From: Candidatus Omnitrophota bacterium
GTDB lineage: Bacteria; Omnitrophota; Omnitrophia; Omnitrophales; JACROU01
DNA length: 64,000 bases
Direction of reading: 5' to 3'
Assembly (NCBI GenBank): GCA_029261035.1
Contig: JAJDCD010000023.1
Span: forward strand, 557,126-621,125
Shown: positions 37,224-48,226 of the stretch, piece by piece
How the letters are laid out: the number at the start of each line of letters is the position of its first letter
Numbering within the stretch: the first letter of the stretch is position 1
The notes under the pieces: generated by a model
What the model saw: only the letters and a program-made list of their open reading frames with translations
Databases searched by the model: none
Told to the model about the DNA's origin: nothing
Position numbers and translations under genes: made by a program

Positions 37224-37859
37224 ATGAGTACGGATGTTTTGGACCAGCAAGAAGTCTCCCAAAATAGGGAGTTGTTAAGAGAAAAGACCTTAGAACAGGC
37301 CAAAAGCCATAAGGCTTCATGGATCAAACTAGGACAATATTTATACTCGATTTATAAAGATAAGGTTTATAAAGAATGGGGTTATTTGAGCTTTGACGGC
37401 TATTGCGGTAAAGAACTTGGGATTAGGCAGAACACCGCTTCGAAATTGTTGAAATCCTACTATTATTTAGAAAAGAAAGAACCGATGTTGGCTAAAGAGG
37501 ATGAATCTGGAGAGAGATCTCCTTCGGAACTTCCTAATTATGAATCTGTTAACATACTTCGTTTAGCCGCAAACAACAAAAAATTAACAGAGGAAGATGT
37601 TCAGGAGATTAGAGAGAGCGTGATCGAGAGATCTTCAGAGCCTAAAGAAGTGCGAGCTCAAGTTAAAAAAATATTGGAAGTTAGAGATGATCGTGATCCA
37701 ACAGAAATTCGCTCTCAGAGAAGAAATTCTACAATTAAACGATTGTCTTCTATGTTGAATAATGCTGTAAATGAGTTAGGCCAAGATGGCTTAGTTCCTG
37801 AGTATTTGTTAAAGCAAATGAAAGAATTAGTTGAAAAACTAAATGATCAAGTAGAGTAA
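37224..37859 (+). CDS. hypothetical helical protein (DUF3102-like N-terminus)
   Basis: AAGGAG SD; WIKLGQYL...YKEWGYLSFDGYC...ELGIR. Confidence 0.65.
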   Translation: MSTDVLDQQEVSQNRELLREKTLEQAKSHKASWIKLGQYLYSIYKDKVYKEWGYLSFDGYCGKELGIRQNTASKLLKSYYYLEKKEPMLAKEDESGERSPSELPNYESVNILRLAANNKKLTEEDVQEIRESVIERSSEPKEVRAQVKKILEVRDDRDPTEIRSQRRNSTIKRLSSMLNNAVNELGQDGLVPEYLLKQMKELVEKLNDQVE

Positions 37860-37875
37860 TAAAGGAGAATAAATT

Positions 37876-38118
37876 ATGGAACAAGAATTTTTAGATATTC
37901 TTTGTTGTCCCGAAACAAAACAAAAGTTAAAGTTGGTAGGGGATGATCTTGTAGTATCGATCAATCAAAAAATTGAAAATAAAGAACTAAAATCTCGAGA
38001 TGGTGAAGTTGTGGAAGAGAAGTTAGACGCGGGTTTAATTCGAGAAGATCAAAAATTTATCTATCCCATTAGAAATGAAATTCCTGTCATGCTAATGGAT
38101 CAATCTATTCCGGTATAA
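37876..38118 (+). CDS. Trm112-like (UPF0434) protein
   Basis: LDILCCPETK ... YPIRNEIPVML. Confidence 0.85.
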   Translation: MEQEFLDILCCPETKQKLKLVGDDLVVSINQKIENKELKSRDGEVVEEKLDAGLIREDQKFIYPIRNEIPVMLMDQSIPV

Positions 38119-38128
38119 TTTTAGACAT

Positions 38129-38163
38129 AAAAAAAGCGCCTAGCAGTTGCCAGGCGCTTTTTT
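38129..38163. terminator. bidirectional intrinsic terminator
   Basis: AAAAAAAGCGCCT...AGGCGCTTTTTT between convergent genes. Confidence 0.85.
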
Positions 38164-38176
38164 CTTTTAGTAACTC

Positions 38177-38728
38177 TTACCCTTTTCCTAATGTTTTTTC
38201 GCCTGGCTTCCATCCACACTGAGTAAGCTCGCCTGTTTGGGCTGCTTGAAGTGTTCGTAGTGTTTCTTCTACATTTCTTCCTACAGGAAGGTCGTTAACG
38301 ACTGCAGATTTAACATTGCCATCTGGGTCAATGATAAATGTGCCGCGAAGAGCAATTCCTTTATCATCAATAAGAACGCCATAACTTTTTGAAATAGCGT
38401 GATTGGTATCAGCAAGCATTGGGAATTCTACTTTTCCAAGAGCGCCTTCTTCTGCCCATGCTTTGTGTGAGAAAACACTGTCGGTGCTCACAGAAACAAC
38501 TTCTGCATTTGCGTCACGGAATTGACTAACGCTGTTGCTGAAAGATTGAATTTCTGTTGGGCATACGAAAGTAAAGTCTAATGGATAGAAAAACAAAACG
38601 ACCCATTTTCCTTTATAATCAGAAAGACTGATATCTTTGAAGCTACCATCAGGCAAATAAGCTTGACCTGAGAAGTTAGGAGCAGATGCCCCTACTTTGA
38701 CTTGAGATAATTCACATACTTCACTCAT
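38177..38728 (-). CDS. ahpC: 2-Cys peroxiredoxin
   Basis: FYPLDFTFVCPTE, ALRGTFIID, GRNVEE. Confidence 0.93.
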   Translation of the reverse strand: MSEVCELSQVKVGASAPNFSGQAYLPDGSFKDISLSDYKGKWVVLFFYPLDFTFVCPTEIQSFSNSVSQFRDANAEVVSVSTDSVFSHKAWAEEGALGKVEFPMLADTNHAISKSYGVLIDDKGIALRGTFIIDPDGNVKSAVVNDLPVGRNVEETLRTLQAAQTGELTQCGWKPGEKTLGKG

Positions 38729-38936
38729 TTTGACTTTCTCCTTCTAGTGCATTAACAGTTAAATTCTATATATTTGACTATGATCGCAAAAATTCTATAA
38801 TTAGTCCAATCTATTATTGATATAGAGAGATCTTTAATTGTAAGCTTACTTATTTTTTACACCTATAATGTGAGTTAAAGCGTAAAATAAGTTTTTTGAT
38901 GTTGTGGTCTAACCCTATTAGAGGCAAAGAAGTATT

Positions 38937-39629
38937 ATGGCTAAGAATACAATTCTTGTTATAGAGGACGAGAAAAACATCCAGGAGCTAGTAAAATACA
39001 ACCTTGAGCAAGAGGGGTATAAAGTTCTGACGGCGGATAAGGGAGATGAAGGATTGGTTTTGGCTATTAAAAAAAAGCCAGATCTTATCGTTTTGGATTT
39101 AATGCTTCCTGAGATGGATGGAACAGAGATTTGTAAGGCGTTAAAAAGAAATAATCTGACAGCACATATGGCTATTATTATGCTGACAGCAAAAAGTGAA
39201 GAGTTGGATAAAGTTTTAGGTTTAGAACTTGGCGCAGATGACTATGTGACCAAGCCGTTTAGTCCTAGAGAACTTGTGGCTCGAGTAAAAGCGGTTCTTA
39301 GAAGAGGGAAGAGTTCATCAAAAGAGAATTTTTTGTGTGTGGGAAATTTGCAAATAGATGATGAGAAACATAAGGTTCTTTTAAAGCAAAAAGAGATTAC
39401 TCTAACTTCAAAAGAGTATGATTTGCTTTTGTGTTTGATGCAAGCAGGTGGCCGTGTTTTAAGTAGGGAGTTTTTGCTTGAAAATGTTTGGGGTTATGAA
39501 CAGTCTGTTAATATTGAAACACGCACAGTTGATATGCATGTTGGGCAGTTAAGAAAAAAATTGAAGTCGGAGTCGGACCGTATTATTACTGTTAAGAATG
39601 TAGGTTATCGTTTTGACACAGAAAGTTAA
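38937..39629 (+). CDS. phoB: phosphate regulon response regulator (OmpR family)
   Basis: Receiver LDLMLP, GADDYVTKPF; wHTH RTVDMHV; upstream of phoR and pst. Confidence 0.88.
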   Translation: MAKNTILVIEDEKNIQELVKYNLEQEGYKVLTADKGDEGLVLAIKKKPDLIVLDLMLPEMDGTEICKALKRNNLTAHMAIIMLTAKSEELDKVLGLELGADDYVTKPFSPRELVARVKAVLRRGKSSSKENFLCVGNLQIDDEKHKVLLKQKEITLTSKEYDLLLCLMQAGGRVLSREFLLENVWGYEQSVNIETRTVDMHVGQLRKKLKSESDRIITVKNVGYRFDTES

Positions 39630-39631
39630 TT

Positions 39632-41401
39632 ATGAGCTTCTTTAGCTTTAATCGATTTGGAAATCGGCTAACCTTCCTTTTTTCACTTATCTTTATATTG
39701 TTGCTTTTAGGAATTAGTTTCTTTGTTTCTCGTGTTATTGAAACAAAGATGTTATCTCAAGTGGAAGCTTCTTTATTAGCAAAAGCAAAGTTGGTGGAAA
39801 ATCAAATTCCAACCTCAGACACTCCTTCCGAAGGGGTTCAGGACAAAGTGAAACATATTGCTACCCAAACTCAGTCTCGAATCACAGTGATTGATATTAG
39901 TGGAAAGGTGATTGCGGACTCTATGAGAGATTTATCTCAAGTTAAAGAAATGGATAATCATCGGTGGAGGCCTGAAGTGCGGTCTGCTATAGAAGGGCGG
40001 GTAGGTTCGAGCATTCGATTTAGTCAAACATTACAAATGAAAATGTTTTATGTGGCTGTCCCTATGTTTAAAGGGGGAGATGTGGAACGCGTATTGCGTA
40101 TTACTCTGGGGTTAGACAAATTAAATGAGATTTTGTCTTCTGTAAGAAAGCCTATTTTGATTGGACTTATTTTTGGAGTGTTTGTGGTTCTTGTCATGGG
40201 GTTTACTGTTGGAGCATCTATTAGAAAGCGAGTTGAAGAGATGACATTGGCGGCAACCCGTTATGCCAAAGGGGATTTAAGTCAGAAGATCATGGTTCAA
40301 GGAAGTGATGAGCTTAATGTGTTGGCGGATACCATGAATAAAATGGCTCATATTTTAACAAAACGAATTTCTGAAATAGAAAATGAACGCTCTAAACTAT
40401 CCGCGATTTTGGATAATATGACCGAAGGGGTTATTGCTGTTAATTCTCAAAGAAGACTTGTCTTGATGAATCAGAGTGCAAAAAATATATTCGGTATATC
40501 TCAGTCGGACATTTTGGCTAAGCCGTTGCTCGAGATTGTTAAGAATCAACTCATTGATCAGATTGTTGAAAAATCTATTGCTCAATCAAAAACGATTAGC
40601 AAAGAGATTGAAATGAACTATCCCGAAAACAAAATCTTAAAGGCAAATGCAGTAGGTATGCAAGAAGTGGGCAGAGAGGTTAGTAGCATCTTAGTTATTT
40701 ATGATGTGACAGAGCTCCGCCGCCTTGAGATGGTTCGAAGTGAGTTTGTGGCTAATGTATCTCATGAATTAAAAACTCCGTTAACTTCGATCAAAGGTTT
40801 TATAGAAACTCTTTTAGGAGGAGCGTTAGAAGACAAAGAACAGAGTCGAAAATTTTTACAAATGATGGACGAAGATACAAAGCGATTAGCTCGATTGATT
40901 GACGATATTTTAAAATTATCTAATATTGAGTCAAAAGAAGATGATTTAAATTTAAAGCATCTCAATTTAAAACAATTGGTTTCCAGCGTTGTTGAAATTT
41001 TGGAACCTCAGTCCAAAGAAAAAAAGATTTCAATTCGAAACCAAATCCCAGATATTCAAGTTCAGGCCGACGAAGATAAATTGAGACAGGTTTTTTTGAA
41101 TTTGATTGATAATGCAATTAAGTTTAATTCCGAAGGAGGTTTTGTTACTTTGGATATAAATGAAATACCAGGTTATTATGAAATTTCCATTACAGATACG
41201 GGGTTGGGGATTCCTTCTGAAGCAACCTCGAGGGTGTTTGAACGGTTCTTTCGAGTTGATAAAGCTCGCTCTCGTGAAATGGGAGGTACCGGCTTGGGAC
41301 TTTCTATAGTCAAACATATTGTCGAGAACCATGGAGGGTCTGTCTCTTGTAATTCCTCTATAGGAGAGGGTGCGACCTTTTATTTCACCTTACCTAAATA
41401 A
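39632..41401 (+). CDS. phoR: phosphate regulon sensor histidine kinase
   Basis: Two TMs, HAMP, PAS, FVANVSHELKTPLT, RVDKARSREMGGTGLGL. Confidence 0.9.
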   Translation: MSFFSFNRFGNRLTFLFSLIFILLLLGISFFVSRVIETKMLSQVEASLLAKAKLVENQIPTSDTPSEGVQDKVKHIATQTQSRITVIDISGKVIADSMRDLSQVKEMDNHRWRPEVRSAIEGRVGSSIRFSQTLQMKMFYVAVPMFKGGDVERVLRITLGLDKLNEILSSVRKPILIGLIFGVFVVLVMGFTVGASIRKRVEEMTLAATRYAKGDLSQKIMVQGSDELNVLADTMNKMAHILTKRISEIENERSKLSAILDNMTEGVIAVNSQRRLVLMNQSAKNIFGISQSDILAKPLLEIVKNQLIDQIVEKSIAQSKTISKEIEMNYPENKILKANAVGMQEVGREVSSILVIYDVTELRRLEMVRSEFVANVSHELKTPLTSIKGFIETLLGGALEDKEQSRKFLQMMDEDTKRLARLIDDILKLSNIESKEDDLNLKHLNLKQLVSSVVEILEPQSKEKKISIRNQIPDIQVQADEDKLRQVFLNLIDNAIKFNSEGGFVTLDINEIPGYYEISITDTGLGIPSEATSRVFERFFRVDKARSREMGGTGLGLSIVKHIVENHGGSVSCNSSIGEGATFYFTLPK

Positions 41402-41418
41402 AACCCTTCTTTTACCAC

Positions 41419-41473
41419 TTTACATACAATTTACTTTACCCTCAATTAGTTCAAACATACTCCTAATATACTT
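41419..41473 (+). promoter_or_regulatory. putative Pho box array
   Basis: 11-nt phased units TTTACATACAA, TTTACTTTACC, CTCAATTAGTT, CAAACATACTC, CTAATATACTT upstream of the porin-pst operon. Confidence 0.5.
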
Positions 41474-41530
41474 TTACTCATCAACAAAACTTTATATCAA
41501 TTCCAAGTAACGAACGAAGGGAAATTAAAC

Positions 41531-42934
41531 ATGAAAATGAAACTGTTTATAGCAGGAATGCTCGTTTTTGTATTCGGAACTTCTTCAACTGTTTTTGCAG
41601 GCGGAGCTGAGCCAGCTGGCTTTGAAGCAATGCAAAAGCAATTACAAGAGTTGAAATCTATTATCGAATTACAAAACAAAAAAATTGGCCAGTTAGAAAA
41701 AAAACAGAATGCCATACGTATTAACGGAGCGGGAGGTATTGAAGCCGTCGGGATCTCTGACGAAGAATTTAAAGAAAAGTTCGACCAAAACTTAAAGGGA
41801 AAAATCGGCAAGTCAGATAAATGGCTTAAAGATTTAAACTTTAAAGCAGATTACCGTTTGCGTTATGAAGCTTTTGACTTTACTAGCGGATCTCCAGCAG
41901 AGTCGAATGCACGTAATCGTTTTCGTATGCGTTTACGTTATGGTTGGGAGAAAAAGTTTAGCCCAGATATGAAAGTGGGCTTTTTTCTTTCTTCTGGAGG
42001 AACGACAGATCCAACTTCTACCAACGCCACTTTAGATACGAACTTCACTTTTAAATCTACTGTGATCGAGCGCGCCTATGTACTTTATACGCCAGGTTGG
42101 GCGGAAAAAGGTGTGATTGATAAGTTAACCATTGGAGCTGGTAAATTTAAAAACCCATTCGAAAAAGGCTCTTCAAAAATGATTTGGGACCGAGATGTTC
42201 GTCCAGAAGGTGCCTATCAAAAATTTGATTTTGATTTCTACGATGGAGATAACGTGGATCTAGGTGGTTGGTTAACCTTTGGTCAATTTGTGCTGGACGA
42301 AGATGGTTCGTCTCAAGGTGATGCAGAGCTGTATGCATTTCAGGCAGGTGTGAATACCGTTTTTTATACACCTTTCTTTGAGCGTCCTGCAGATTTAAAC
42401 CTTTCAACATCTTGGTATAACTACAACGATTATGCCGAAGCTGGTAATTTTGGTACGTTAGCTCGAGGGAACCCTAATATCGATGGTGTAGCGGCTTCTT
42501 TAGATGCGAATGACTTTTCAGTGATTGAAGGTTATGCAGACTTAACCGTTTATCCTTATGGAAAACCTCTTAAGTTCTATTTTGATTTTGCTCATAACCT
42601 TGTGGAAAATGCACCTGACTCATCTGCTGGAGGACAAAACATTGCTTGGGCTTTAGGAGCTAAGCTGGGTAAGGCAGCGAAAAAAGGAGACTGGCAGGTT
42701 GGAGCCGATTACCGCTACATTGAGGCAAATTCTGTTGTTGGAGCATTTAATGACAGTGACTTTGGTTTAGGGCATGCAGATAAACGTGGTAGCTCGATCT
42801 TTGCTAAGTATAAATTAACGGATGACCTTACTTTAGCGGGGACTGCATTTTTTGTAAACAACATTACAGCTGGAACTTTATTAAGAGATGAAGAACAGCG
42901 AAGATTTCAATTAGACCTTGTTTGGAAATTCTAA
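41531..42934 (+). CDS. putative porin, likely phosphate-related
   Basis: Signal peptide; coiled coil; DYRLRYE and RNRFRMRLRYG; C-terminal QLDLVWKF; first gene of the pst operon. Confidence 0.75.
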   Translation: MKMKLFIAGMLVFVFGTSSTVFAGGAEPAGFEAMQKQLQELKSIIELQNKKIGQLEKKQNAIRINGAGGIEAVGISDEEFKEKFDQNLKGKIGKSDKWLKDLNFKADYRLRYEAFDFTSGSPAESNARNRFRMRLRYGWEKKFSPDMKVGFFLSSGGTTDPTSTNATLDTNFTFKSTVIERAYVLYTPGWAEKGVIDKLTIGAGKFKNPFEKGSSKMIWDRDVRPEGAYQKFDFDFYDGDNVDLGGWLTFGQFVLDEDGSSQGDAELYAFQAGVNTVFYTPFFERPADLNLSTSWYNYNDYAEAGNFGTLARGNPNIDGVAASLDANDFSVIEGYADLTVYPYGKPLKFYFDFAHNLVENAPDSSAGGQNIAWALGAKLGKAAKKGDWQVGADYRYIEANSVVGAFNDSDFGLGHADKRGSSIFAKYKLTDDLTLAGTAFFVNNITAGTLLRDEEQRRFQLDLVWKF

Positions 42935-42966
42935 TTTTTTAAATAACTAGTGAAAAGGAGATAGAT

Positions 42967-43827
42967 ATGAAATTAAAAATAATAGCGGTTTTAGCTTTGG
43001 TGGTGATGATAGCTTCACCCTCCGCTTTTGCAGAAAGAAATATTACAGTGAAGGGTTCGGACACCCTGGTGGTTCTTGGACAACGTTGGGCTGAAGAATA
43101 TATGAAGCAAAACCCAGAAGTAAGCATTCAAGTTACTGGCGGTGGTTCTGGGACAGGTATTGCCGCATTAATTAATGGGACAACAGATGTTGCTAATGCA
43201 AGTCGTGGGATTAAGGGGAAGGAAATTACTAAAGCTAAAAAAAATGGTTACTATCCGGAAGAATTTAAAGTAGCGATGGATAGTCTTGCGGTTGTTCTTC
43301 ATAAAGATAATCCGATTGATTCTCTTTCTATGAAAGAGTTAATGGGGATTTATACTGGAAGAATTAATAATTGGAAAGAAGTGGGCGGGGAAGATAAGCC
43401 TATTTTAAGATATTGTCGTGAAGCAAACAGCGGAACCTATGTTTTCTTTAATGAAACCGTATTGAAGAAACAAGACTATGCTGCTGATTGTCAGACGGTT
43501 CCAGGAACAAGTGCTGTTGCGAATGCAGTGTCTAAAGACACTGCTGGAATTGGTTATGGTGGGGTGGCTTATTTCTTGACTCAGTCAAACACGAAAGTTG
43601 TTGCTGTTAGTAAAACGCAGGAAACGGAAGCGGTGAGCCCTGTAAAATCTAATGGTAAAGTGGACTATGAAGCGGCTACTTCTGGGAAATATCCCATTGC
43701 GCGCTATTTGTTCATGTATACGGCGTTGAAACCTAAAGGGGAAATTAATGAGTATCTCCAGTGGATTTTAAGTCCTGATGGACAAAAAATTGTTGAGATG
43801 GTTGGGTATGTTCCTTTAACTTCTTAA
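42967..43827 (+). CDS. pstS: phosphate ABC substrate-binding protein
   Basis: KGSDT, GGGSGTG, NSGTY, YPIARYL. Confidence 0.93.
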   Translation: MKLKIIAVLALVVMIASPSAFAERNITVKGSDTLVVLGQRWAEEYMKQNPEVSIQVTGGGSGTGIAALINGTTDVANASRGIKGKEITKAKKNGYYPEEFKVAMDSLAVVLHKDNPIDSLSMKELMGIYTGRINNWKEVGGEDKPILRYCREANSGTYVFFNETVLKKQDYAADCQTVPGTSAVANAVSKDTAGIGYGGVAYFLTQSNTKVVAVSKTQETEAVSPVKSNGKVDYEAATSGKYPIARYLFMYTALKPKGEINEYLQWILSPDGQKIVEMVGYVPLTS

Positions 43828-43892
43828 TGAAGCTGAAGGAATAATTTTTGTTATCAATTTTTTAAGAAGTGTTTAAGTTGTTAAAATGTGTA

Positions 43893-43929
43893 AAAAGTGG
43901 TGGCCATTAATTTGACCACCACTTTGTTT
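43893..43929 (+). terminator. intra-operon hairpin after pstS
   Basis: AAAGTGGTGG...CCACCACTTT. Confidence 0.6.
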
Positions 43930-43945
43930 GCATTAAAAAGGTAAT

Positions 43946-44887
43946 ATGAAAGATCTCGTCAAAAAAAAGCATTTATTCAATTCTGAGTGGTTCATCGAAA
44001 AGACACTTTTATTTGCAGGAGTGTCTTCTGTTCTAATTATTGCTCTCATTTTCGTTTTTCTTTTCAAAGAAGCTATTCTATTTTTCCAAACAAGACCTCC
44101 TTTTGACCTTATTGGTATTACTGTATTCGATTCATGGGAAGAGAAAAATATTTTTAAAATGATGTGGCAAGCGGTGAATGAAACACCTAAATACTCTTTG
44201 ATTCCTTTAGTGTGCGGTAGTTTTTTAGTGGCGTTTCCAGCAACGGTTATGGCATCTGTTTTTGGTATTGGAGCAGCTATTTATCTTTCTGAGATTGCTC
44301 CAAATAAAGTTAGGGAAACGTTGAAACCATCTCTTGAGCTCCTTGCGAGCATTCCTTCTGTTGTAGTTGGTTTTTTTATGTTGGCTGTGATTGCTACGAT
44401 TGTTCAGAATATTACAGGTTCCAAGTTTAGGCTCAACGCATTTGTCGGTGCTCTAGGTGTTGCTTTGGTGACATTTCCTATTATTGTGAGTATTTCAGAG
44501 GATGCTTTGCGTGCAGTTCCCAAAGAGCTTAGAGATGCATCGTATGCATTGGGAGCGTCTAAGTGGCAAACGATTTGGAATACGGTTCTTCCCGCGGGGG
44601 TTTCAGGAATTTCTGCTGCAGTTATCTTAGGCTTCGGAAGAGCTTTAGGGGAGACGATGATTGTTGTTATGGCTACAGGAAATGCAGCGTTAGTTACTGG
44701 AGATATATTTTCAAGTGTACGAACGATGACAGCAACGATTGCAGCAGAACTGGGTGCGGTAGCTCAAGGAAGCGAACACTATTATGCTCTTTTCTTAGTA
44801 GGTGCTGTTTTGTTTACGATTACCTTTATATTAAATTTATGTTCAGAAATTGTCATTAATCGTATGCGTCAGAATTTACGAATGTAA
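43946..44887 (+). CDS. pstC: phosphate ABC permease
   Basis: ELLASIPSVVVG, GRALGETM. Confidence 0.93.
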   Translation: MKDLVKKKHLFNSEWFIEKTLLFAGVSSVLIIALIFVFLFKEAILFFQTRPPFDLIGITVFDSWEEKNIFKMMWQAVNETPKYSLIPLVCGSFLVAFPATVMASVFGIGAAIYLSEIAPNKVRETLKPSLELLASIPSVVVGFFMLAVIATIVQNITGSKFRLNAFVGALGVALVTFPIIVSISEDALRAVPKELRDASYALGASKWQTIWNTVLPAGVSGISAAVILGFGRALGETMIVVMATGNAALVTGDIFSSVRTMTATIAAELGAVAQGSEHYYALFLVGAVLFTITFILNLCSEIVINRMRQNLRM

Positions 44888-44900
44888 AAGAGAAAATAAC

Positions 44901-45875
44901 ATGAAAACACCATTAGTTAAGCCAAACAAAGATTTATACCATAACCAGATGGATAAAAATAAAATCACAGAAGCTTTCTGGATTTTTTTAACTCGTGTTT
45001 TTACTCTATTTCCTTTGGTTTGTCTTTTTGCGTTGTTAGCTAAAATTGTATTAGAAGGCTACGGAATTATTTCTTGGGAATTTTTATTTCAACCTCCTAA
45101 AGATGGTATGGAAGCGGGTGGAATTTTACCTTGTATTTTTGGAACAATTGCAATTACGTTGTTTATGATTTTGATGGCGCTACCCCTGGGTGTTGGAGCT
45201 GCTATTTATTTGGTTGAGTATGGGGGTGATAATAAGTTGGTGCGTATTATTCGGGCTGCAGTCAATAATTTAGCAGGTGTTCCTTCAATTGTATTTGGAC
45301 TCTTTGGGCTAGGTTTTTTTATTTTATTTGTGGGGCGTAATTTAGATGCTGTTTTAAATACAGGACTTTTATTTGGACAACCTTGTTTATTATGGGCTTC
45401 GGCAACACTTGCAGTTCTTGTGCTTCCGGTGATTATTGTTTCCACAGAAGAAGCGTTGAACTCGGTTCCTCAGAGTCATCGAGATGCTGCGCTGGCTTTG
45501 GGTGCTACAAAGTGGCAAACAATTTGGACTGTGGTACTTCCTCAAGCTAGAGGAGGGATTTTAACGGGGGCTATTCTTTCTATTAGTCGTGGAGCAGGCG
45601 ATACGGCACCGATTTTATTTACAGGGTGTGCTTACTTTTTACCCCACTTGCCTGTAACGGAATTGTTTGGTTTTATTCCTATGGTTAATCCGTTTGATCA
45701 ATTTATGGCGTTAACGTATCATATTTTTATTATGGCGACTCAATCAATTAATGTGGAAAGAACACTTCCAATTCAATATGGAACGACACTGGTGTTAATT
45801 GCTTTGACTTTTTTGCTTAACTTCTTTGCTATTATGCTTCGAATTCACTTTAGAAAAAAGTTGAGGGTAAACTAA
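44901..45875 (+). CDS. pstA: phosphate ABC permease
   Basis: NLAGVPSIVFGLFG, SRGAGDTAP; start moved to ATG 44901. Confidence 0.92.
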   Translation: MKTPLVKPNKDLYHNQMDKNKITEAFWIFLTRVFTLFPLVCLFALLAKIVLEGYGIISWEFLFQPPKDGMEAGGILPCIFGTIAITLFMILMALPLGVGAAIYLVEYGGDNKLVRIIRAAVNNLAGVPSIVFGLFGLGFFILFVGRNLDAVLNTGLLFGQPCLLWASATLAVLVLPVIIVSTEEALNSVPQSHRDAALALGATKWQTIWTVVLPQARGGILTGAILSISRGAGDTAPILFTGCAYFLPHLPVTELFGFIPMVNPFDQFMALTYHIFIMATQSINVERTLPIQYGTTLVLIALTFLLNFFAIMLRIHFRKKLRVN

Positions 45876-45887
45876 TCCAAGGAGACA

Positions 45888-46724
45888 ATGAATATTATGT
45901 CAAACGAGTTAGGGACTATAGACAAAAATCAAATGAGTGTACATTCTGATATGCAAACAAATTTGGAAAATCAGATTAAAATACAAGCCAAAGATTTAAA
46001 TTTGTTTTATGGCGATAATCATGCGCTAAAAAATATTCATATGAATATTCGAGAAAAAGCAGCTACGGCTTTGATTGGACCTTCAGGTTGTGGAAAATCT
46101 ACTTTCTTAAGAACTTTAAACCGCATGAATGATACGATTCCAGGCGTCCGAAGGACAGGTGAGATTAATTTAGATGGGGTTAATATTTATGACTCTAAAA
46201 TTGATGTTGTGGCTTTAAGACGTGTTATAGGGATGGTCTTTCAGAAATCAAACCCATTTCCAAAAAGCATTTATGAAAATGTGGCCTATGGATTGCGCTT
46301 AATTGGAATGAAAAACAAAACAGAATTAGATGAGATTGTTGAGCATAGTTTGAAGCAATCAGCTCTTTGGAAAGAAATTAAAGATCGTCTCCATGAATCA
46401 GCCCTTCAACTTTCTGGAGGTCAACAACAGCGTCTTTGTATTGCCAGAGCTCTAGCCGTGAGTCCTGAAGTTATTTTGATGGACGAACCCGCATCTGCTT
46501 TGGATCCGATCTCGACAGCAAAAATTGAAGAATTGATTCATCAACTTAAAGAAAATTATACGATTGTTATTGTCACACACAATATGCAGCAAGCGGCACG
46601 CGTGAGTGATTACACAGCCTATTTTTATATGGGTGATATGGTAGAGTTTGACGATACAAAGAAAATTTTTACGAATCCAGAAAAAAAAGAAACAGAAGAT
46701 TATATAACCGGAAGATTTGGGTGA
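45888..46724 (+). CDS. pstB: phosphate ABC ATPase
   Basis: [23 protein letters not shown]. Confidence 0.96.
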   Translation: MNIMSNELGTIDKNQMSVHSDMQTNLENQIKIQAKDLNLFYGDNHALKNIHMNIREKAATALIGPSGCGKSTFLRTLNRMNDTIPGVRRTGEINLDGVNIYDSKIDVVALRRVIGMVFQKSNPFPKSIYENVAYGLRLIGMKNKTELDEIVEHSLKQSALWKEIKDRLHESALQLSGGQQQRLCIARALAVSPEVILMDEPASALDPISTAKIEELIHQLKENYTIVIVTHNMQQAARVSDYTAYFYMGDMVEFDDTKKIFTNPEKKETEDYITGRFG

Positions 46725-46774
46725 TTCATTTTCAGTTTTTGTAATAACGGAATATTTATAAAAGAGGATAAATT

Positions 46775-47443
46775 ATGGCCAGACATTTTCATGAAGAACT
46801 TAAAGATTTAAAACAGAGTTTGCTTAAAATGGGTTTGATGGTTGAAGAGGCTATTGAGAATGCAATCGATGCTTTTTTAAACCAAGATAGCGAGATTGCA
46901 AGAAGAGTAATTAAAGGAGATGCTGTCATTAATCATCAAGAAATAGAGATAGATGATAACGGGCATGCTCTTTTGGCTTTGGGACAACCCATGGCTGTAG
47001 ACTTAAGAATGATCACAGGTATTTTAAAGATCAATAGCGATTTAGAACGCATGGGTGACCACGCTGTTAATATTGCTCAGCATACGCTTTATTTGTTGGA
47101 GAGTGAGCCTCTTAAAGAAGAAGGGGTTATGGTGTCCATGGCAGAAGCTGTAAAAAAAATGCTTAAAGATACGTTAGAGGCCTTTATTAATGCGGATGTT
47201 GAGTTGGCCCGTGCTGTATTAAAGCAGGATGATGAGGTGGATAGTTTAAATAGTGATCTTTATTTTAAGTTGTTGAAGGTGATGGAAGGTGAGTCAAAGC
47301 TAGTTAAGCCAGGTATTAATTTAATTTCTTTAGGACATGACTTGGAACGAATCGCTGATTTATGCAATAATATCGCTGAAGATATTGTGTACATGAAATT
47401 GGGTACAGAAATAAGGCATCCTGCTGACACCCAAACCAAATAA
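46775..47443 (+). CDS. phoU: phosphate signalling protein
   Basis: [23 protein letters not shown]. Confidence 0.95.
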   Translation: MARHFHEELKDLKQSLLKMGLMVEEAIENAIDAFLNQDSEIARRVIKGDAVINHQEIEIDDNGHALLALGQPMAVDLRMITGILKINSDLERMGDHAVNIAQHTLYLLESEPLKEEGVMVSMAEAVKKMLKDTLEAFINADVELARAVLKQDDEVDSLNSDLYFKLLKVMEGESKLVKPGINLISLGHDLERIADLCNNIAEDIVYMKLGTEIRHPADTQTK

Positions 47444-47475
47444 CTATAGAAATTAATAAGAGAGGGAAGAAAGAT

Positions 47476-48222
47476 ATGTCGAAATTAGTGTTGCTCCGTC
47501 ACGGGCAGAGTCAGTGGAATTTAGATAATCGTTTTACAGGATGGCATGATGTGGATCTGACTGAGAGAGGTGTTGGAGAAGCTCGTAATGCTGGAAAAGT
47601 TATTAAAGATGAAGGAATTCAGTTTGATGTGGCCTTTACTTCTGTTTTGAAGCGTGCAATTAGAACGTTGTGGCTTTCTTTGGATGAGTTGGATCAGATG
47701 TGGCTTCCTGTGATTCGTACTTGGAAGTTGAATGAAAGACATTATGGAGCGTTGCAAGGTTTAAATAAATTAGAAACAGTTGAAAAGTTTGGAGAAGAAC
47801 AAGTTTTAGTTTGGAGACGTAGTTTTGCTACTCCTCCAGAACCTCTTGATGAAAGTGATGAGCGTCACCCTAAACATGATTCTCGTTACAAAGATTTAAA
47901 GCCAGAAGATCTTCCAGCAACAGAGTCTTTAAAAACAACTTTGGAGCGAGTGATTCCCTATTGGGAAGAGAAGATTCTTCCTGAGTTGAAGAAGGGTAAA
48001 AATGTAATTGTTGCGGCTCATGGAAATAGCTTGAGAGCTTTGGTGATGCATTTAGATGGAATGTCGGAAGAAGAAATTGTGAAATTAAATATTCCTACTG
48101 GAATCCCTCTTCTTTATGAGTTTGATGATAATTTAAATCAAACAGGGCATCGTTATTTAGGAGACCCTGCAGCTCTTAAAGCGGCTCAAGACGAAGTAGC
48201 GAATCAAACAAAGAAAAGCTAA
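47476..48222 (+). CDS. gpmA: 2,3-BPG-dependent phosphoglycerate mutase
   Basis: [29 protein letters not shown]. Confidence 0.96.
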   Translation: MSKLVLLRHGQSQWNLDNRFTGWHDVDLTERGVGEARNAGKVIKDEGIQFDVAFTSVLKRAIRTLWLSLDELDQMWLPVIRTWKLNERHYGALQGLNKLETVEKFGEEQVLVWRRSFATPPEPLDESDERHPKHDSRYKDLKPEDLPATESLKTTLERVIPYWEEKILPELKKGKNVIVAAHGNSLRALVMHLDGMSEEEIVKLNIPTGIPLLYEFDDNLNQTGHRYLGDPAALKAAQDEVANQTKKS

Positions 48223-48226
48223 ATGA

